Part shown: piece after piece, positions 59,388 through 64,000 of the stretch
Numbering within the stretch: position 1 is the stretch's first letter
Layout: every line of letters begins with the position of its first letter
From: Rhynchopus sp. YZ270_cl-10
Lineage: Eukaryota
Length of the DNA stretch: 64,000 bases
NCBI GenBank assembly: GCA_964035575.1
Contig: OZ037838.1
Span: forward strand, 1,426,001 to 1,490,000
Direction: 5' to 3'
The notes under the pieces: generated by a model
Database searches by the model: none
What the model saw: the letters and a program-made list of their open reading frames with translations, nothing else
What the model was told of the DNA's origin: nothing
Position numbers and translations under genes: made by a program

Positions 59388-60497
59388 ATGGATGTGACCT
59401 TTGTGCTGGAAGAGTCAGGCGTGACTGCGACAGTGGAGGTGCCGTGCGAGGCGAACGTTGCAGCGGCAAAGGAGGTTGCGTGCACGGCGCTTGCTGTCTC
59501 GCCTGCGTCTGTCGAGATGCGCATCGGCACGCAGGTGCTGGAGGGGACGTGCCGTCTGCAGGACACTGCGTTTGATGCAGGGGTGCAGGTTGTGCTTGCC
59601 TGCCCTCGCTTTGCCGACATCAAGTGTCCTGCTGAGTACAGTGCAGCGGTGCCTCGGCAGGGGATGCATATGACTCGCTTTTCGCTGTCTCCTTGTGGAG
59701 CACTCTGCCTCTTGGTGCAGAATGCACGCTGCGTCACCGGCTTCGATACAGAAACCTTCAGCCCTGCCTTCAGGTTCAAAGTAGACAGTTTCGTGTACCG
59801 TGCCCCTGCCGTCTCACGGTGCAAGACACGCTGCTACCTGGCGTGCGAGGAAGGCCTACACGAGGTTGCGCTTCCGGGTGGGGAGGTGCTCCGTAAAGTC
59901 GACGGCGACTCAAGGTCAGTGTGCGCGTGTGGTGGTGTTGTTGTCTCAAAGGGCACAGACGGCGTCTCTGTGTATGACGAAGACCTGACGTTGCTCCGCT
60001 CTCTCTCGCACGAACGGTGTCCGGACATAGCAGTGTCGGACTGTGGTGGGTGGGTGATCACCTCCTCCGAAGCAGAGAAGAACGCACGTCTGTGGTATGT
60101 GAACACAGGTGAAGCTGTGGCATGTGTGCCTGCTAATAAGATCGTGGCGCTTTCACGGTCTGCCTCTGTCTTTGCTGTGGTGTGCTCTCAGAAAGTGCAG
60201 CTCTATGACTGGAGTGGTGCGGCTCTTGGCAGCTTTGAATTATCAAATCTCATGCCTGGATTTCCCGCTGGCATGCAGTTCACTCCGTGTGGGAAGTATC
60301 TCGTAGTACGGTTCATGGATATGGGTACTGAAACATATTTACTGCACCAGTATGATGTGACGACCATGTCCTGTGTGCGTGTGATACCAGACTGCGACGG
60401 GTGTCGTGATTTTGCGATATCGCCGTGTTCACGTGTGGTAGTGTTTGCGAACTCGGGACGAGGTACTATTGAGACGAGACATCTGTACCCCTACTGA
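59388..60497 (+). CDS. Ubl-propeller family copy 14 (369 aa)
   Basis: Intact ORF from the family ATG. Confidence 0.92.
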   Translation: MDVTFVLEESGVTATVEVPCEANVAAAKEVACTALAVSPASVEMRIGTQVLEGTCRLQDTAFDAGVQVVLACPRFADIKCPAEYSAAVPRQGMHMTRFSLSPCGALCLLVQNARCVTGFDTETFSPAFRFKVDSFVYRAPAVSRCKTRCYLACEEGLHEVALPGGEVLRKVDGDSRSVCACGGVVVSKGTDGVSVYDEDLTLLRSLSHERCPDIAVSDCGGWVITSSEAEKNARLWYVNTGEAVACVPANKIVALSRSASVFAVVCSQKVQLYDWSGAALGSFELSNLMPGFPAGMQFTPCGKYLVVRFMDMGTETYLLHQYDVTTMSCVRVIPDCDGCRDFAISPCSRVVVFANSGRGTIETRHLYPY

Positions 60498-61052
60498 GTG
60501 ATGTTTTGCGAGAGCTTGTGTTTGTGCAGCTTCTCGCAGGCAGTCCACCCCAGAAGCACCTCCTCGCTGTCGCTGAGTATTGCGCTGTTCTGCTGTAGTG
60601 AGCTGCACCACCGTAGATGCGTATCTTTTTTGCATCGGATCCATTCGATGAAATTCTGTGGACTGCACATAGAAGAACTGTGTGTAATGGGTTTGCACCT
60701 GAGAAAATTGGTGCTCCACCTGTCGGTTTGTGCGGATTGGGAGGGCAGGGGAGGGGGGGCGGTTAAGAAGTAAAAAAACGGAGGATTCGATTGTGGGTTC
60801 TTCTTTTATTGAAAAACAAAATGATGAAGTCTTTTATTTTTTTTTGAGATTCTCCTTGATGTGGGCTCTCGGGATACGACTTAGTGAAGTGCTTTCTCAG
60901 GTTCTGTAGGCTGCTGTGCGGTCCTCGCATGGAACGCACAGCGGCAGCTTTACTTCATGTTGAAGAGCTGTCACCCAAGCAGACGTGCGCACATCGCATA
61001 CACAACCTTGCAGAACACCACACCACCCCGCCTCTAACGAAGACACAAAACA

Positions 61053-62183
61053 ATGGATGTGACCTTTGTGCTGGAAGAGTCAGGCGTGACTGCGACAGTG
61101 GAGGTGCCGTGCGAGGCGGACGTTGCAGCGGCAAAGGAGGTTGCGTGCACGGCGCTTGCTGTCTCGCCTGCGTCTGTCGAGATGCGCATCGGCACGCAGG
61201 TGCTGGAGGGGACGTGCCGTCTGCAGGACACTGCGTTTGGTGCAGGGGTGCAGGTTGTGCTTGCCTGTCCTCGCTTTGCCGACATCAAGTGTCCTGCTGA
61301 GTACGCTGTACCACCTCGCATGGAACCTATTACGGGTAGGCAGCGGATGAATCTGTATTACTTTTCGTTGTCTCCTTGTGGAGCACTCTGCCTCTTTACA
61401 CAGAATGCAGGTTATGTGACCGGCCTTGATACAGAAACCTTCAGCCCTGCCTTCAGATTCAAAGTAGACTTTGAGGTGCGCGGTGCGCCTGCCATCTCAC
61501 GGTGCAAGACACGCTGCTACCTAGTGTGCAAGGAAGAAGGTCTGCACGAGGTTGCGCTTCCGGGTGGGGAGGTGCTACGCAAAGTTAACGGCACCTCGCA
61601 GTCAGTGTTTGCGTGTGGTGGTGTTGTTGTCTCGAAGGGCAAAGATGGCGTCTCTGTGTATGACGAAGACCTGACGTTGCTCCACACTCTCTCGAACGAA
61701 GGGTTTTTGGCCTTGGCAGTATCGGACTGTGGTGGGTGGGTGCTCACCTCCTCCAAATCAGAGAAGGACGCACGTCTGTGGGATGTGAACACAGGTGAAG
61801 CTGTGGCATGTGTGCCTGCAGAGGGGTGGTCTAGCGTGGTGCTTTCACGATCTGCCTCTGTCTTTGCTGTGGTATGCATGGATAAAATGCAGCTCTACAA
61901 CTGGAGTGGTGCGGCTATTCGCATATTTAAAAAGGCGCATCAGTTATTTGCTGGCGTGCAGTTCACTCCGTGTGGGAAGTATCTCGTAGTACGGGTGATG
62001 GATATGGATGCTGGCAAACAACATTTACTGCACCAGTATGATGTGGCGACCATGTCCTGTGTGCGTGAGATACCGGACTCCGACAGCTGCGAAGGGTTTG
62101 CGATATCGCCGTGTTCACGTGTGGTACTATTTGCGAATACGAGACGAAACACTTTTGAGACGAAACATCTGTACCCCTACTGA
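61053..62183 (+). CDS. Ubl-propeller family copy 15 (376 aa)
   Basis: Intact ORF. Confidence 0.92.
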   Translation: MDVTFVLEESGVTATVEVPCEADVAAAKEVACTALAVSPASVEMRIGTQVLEGTCRLQDTAFGAGVQVVLACPRFADIKCPAEYAVPPRMEPITGRQRMNLYYFSLSPCGALCLFTQNAGYVTGLDTETFSPAFRFKVDFEVRGAPAISRCKTRCYLVCKEEGLHEVALPGGEVLRKVNGTSQSVFACGGVVVSKGKDGVSVYDEDLTLLHTLSNEGFLALAVSDCGGWVLTSSKSEKDARLWDVNTGEAVACVPAEGWSSVVLSRSASVFAVVCMDKMQLYNWSGAAIRIFKKAHQLFAGVQFTPCGKYLVVRVMDMDAGKQHLLHQYDVATMSCVREIPDSDSCEGFAISPCSRVVLFANTRRNTFETKHLYPY

Positions 62184-62506
62184 GTGATGTTTTGCGAGAG
62201 GTTGTGTTTGTGCAGCTTCTCGCAGGCAGTCCACCCCAGAAGCACCTCCTCGCTGTCGCTGAGTACTGCACTGTTCTGCTGTAGTGAGACCACCGACGGG
62301 ATACTCATTATTTTTTCCCGGGGACATGACACTTGAGACATATCGATATATATCGTTGGAAATATTTTAGTAAATGCGAAGACGATTCTTGTGCTCCTCA
62401 CTTCTCCCCCACACTATGTCAATACAACAGGTTAGAGCGTTTGTCACATCGCATACACAACCTTGCAGAACACGACACCCGCTGCCTCTAACGAAGACAC
62501 AAAACA

Positions 62507-63622
62507 ATGGATGTGACCTTTGTGCTGGAAGAGTCAGGCGTGACTGCGACAGTGGAGGTGCCGTGCGAGGCGGACGTTGCAGCGGCAAAGGAGGTTGCGT
62601 GCACGGCGCTTGCTGTCTCGCCTGCGTCTGTCGAGATGCGCATCGGCACGCAGGTGCTGGAGGGGACGTGCCGTCTGCAGGACACTGCGTTTGATGCAGG
62701 GGTGCAGGTTGTGCTTGCCTGTCCTCGCTTTGCCGACATCAAGTGTCCTGCTGAGTACAGTGTAGATGCGCCATCTGGTGGGCAGGGGATGAATATTAAT
62801 TACTTTTCGCTGTCTCCTTGTGGAGCACTCTGCCTCTTTACACAGGAGGAACGCAACGTCGCCGGCCTCGATACAGAAACCTTCAGCCCTGCCTTCACGT
62901 TCAAAGTAGACTTTGCGGTGTGCAGTGTACCTGCCATCTCACGGTGCAAGACACGCTGCTACCTGGCGAGTAGGAATTGTCTTGCGGAGGTTTCGCTTCC
63001 GGGTGGGGAGGTGCTCCGCAAAGTTGACGGCCGCTCGTACGCAGTGTACGCGTGTGGTGGTGTTGTCTCCTGTGGCGAACAAGGAAGCGTCTCTGTGTAT
63101 GACGAAGACCTGACGTTGCTCCGCTTGCGCCCTCACATCTGGTACCTAGGTGGTATGATGGCAGTGTCTGGCTGTGGTGGGTGGGTGATCACCTCCTCCC
63201 TCAGCGATGAGAAGGCACGTCTGTGGGATGTGAACACAGGTGAAGCTGTGGTATGTGTGCCTGCGGATGGGAGGCCGGTGGCTTTTTCACTGCCTGCCTC
63301 GCTCTTTGCTGTGGTATGCTCTGACAAAGTGCAGCTCTATGACTGGAGTGGTGTGGCTCTTCGCAGCTTTGAAAAAAAAGGTTATATTTTAGTTTGCATG
63401 CGATTCACACCATGTGGGAAGTACCTCGTAGGAATGTTTTTGGATGGTTATGGGTTTGCTGAATATTCACTGCACCAGTATGATGTGGCAACCATGTCCT
63501 GTGTGCGTGTGATCACTGATGTAGACTGTCGCTCGTTTGCGATATCGCCGTGTTTACGTGTGGTATTGTTTATGAGCTCGGTATGCGAAAGCATTGTGAT
63601 GAGGCATCTGTACCCCTACTGA
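62507..63622 (+). CDS. Ubl-propeller family copy 16 (371 aa)
   Basis: Intact ORF. Confidence 0.92.
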   Translation: MDVTFVLEESGVTATVEVPCEADVAAAKEVACTALAVSPASVEMRIGTQVLEGTCRLQDTAFDAGVQVVLACPRFADIKCPAEYSVDAPSGGQGMNINYFSLSPCGALCLFTQEERNVAGLDTETFSPAFTFKVDFAVCSVPAISRCKTRCYLASRNCLAEVSLPGGEVLRKVDGRSYAVYACGGVVSCGEQGSVSVYDEDLTLLRLRPHIWYLGGMMAVSGCGGWVITSSLSDEKARLWDVNTGEAVVCVPADGRPVAFSLPASLFAVVCSDKVQLYDWSGVALRSFEKKGYILVCMRFTPCGKYLVGMFLDGYGFAEYSLHQYDVATMSCVRVITDVDCRSFAISPCLRVVLFMSSVCESIVMRHLYPY

Positions 63623-63954
63623 GTGATGTTTTGCGAGAGGTTGTGTTTATTCAGCTTCTCGCAGGTAGTCCACCCCAGAAGCACCTCCTCGCTGTCGCTG
63701 AGTACTGCGGTGTGTTGCTATCGTGCGTTGCATCAGTATTTGCGTTGCACCCTCGACCTACTAGCCTGTGAGGGAATTCACTTTGAGGATAACGACCACA
63801 CCACCCTTTACCCCACTCTTACTTTTGCTTTGTTCAAACCCTCTTCTGTTGGTGGAAACTACCGACACAACTAAAACATCACAAACACACAAAACAAAAC
63901 AACCCACACCTCATCTCCTTCCTAACAGAGCTGGAACAAGAAGAAGACAAAACA

Positions 63955-64000
63955 ATGGATGTGACCTTTGTGCTGGAAGAGTCAGGCGTGACTGCGACAG
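63955..64000 (+). CDS. Ubl-propeller family copy 17, 5' end only (runs off the window)
   Basis: ATGGATGTGACCTTTGTGCTGGAAGAGTCAGGC is identical to the family start. Confidence 0.9.
   Translation, partial: MDVTFVLEESGVTAT

Noticed and set aside
4073..62765. Recurrent antisense and alternate-frame ORFs (MMSAKRRAST..., MQRQRRLRARR..., MKLWHVC...)
   Set aside because: Shadows of the repeated + strand CDS, with variable ends.
4249..64000. Diversity-generating retroelement as the source of variation
   Set aside because: No reverse transcriptase or template repeat in the window; variation includes indels and all bases and is spread across the gene rather than being adenine-specific.
4249..64000. 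CRISPR-like constant/variable alternation
   Set aside because: The pattern lies inside protein-coding frames and matches propeller strands and loops; no fixed repeat-spacer period and no cas genes.

Overview
Eukaryotic, protist-like genomic DNA. A euglenozoan such as a diplonemid is inferred from three things: all long ORFs are intronless and on the + strand, several are preceded by a polypyrimidine-AG, and a sarcin-ricin-loop fragment has kinetoplastid-like flanks (recalled, not searched). The window is dominated by two co-oriented tandem clusters (4.2-12.6 kb and 37.9-64 kb) holding 16 full copies plus 1 partial copy of one gene family: an almost invariant N-terminal ubiquitin-like domain fused to a predicted 7-bladed WD40-like beta-propeller. 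Variation falls in the loops predicted to form the ligand-binding top face, and the loop variants appear shuffled between copies, like a diversifying receptor repertoire. Two unrelated genes are present: a disordered S/P/R-rich protein and a macro-like/coiled-coil/PDZ protein. The gene-poor AT-rich DNA holds many non-autonomous DNA transposons with visible TIRs and TSDs, including 2.0-kb and 1.4-kb near-perfect palindromes and an element whose terminal TAG replaces a host stop codon. It also holds several families of short hairpins found only on the + strand, many with an ACGAGAGG loop identical to the core of the sarcin-ricin loop. All domain and family calls are by eye; no database search was run.
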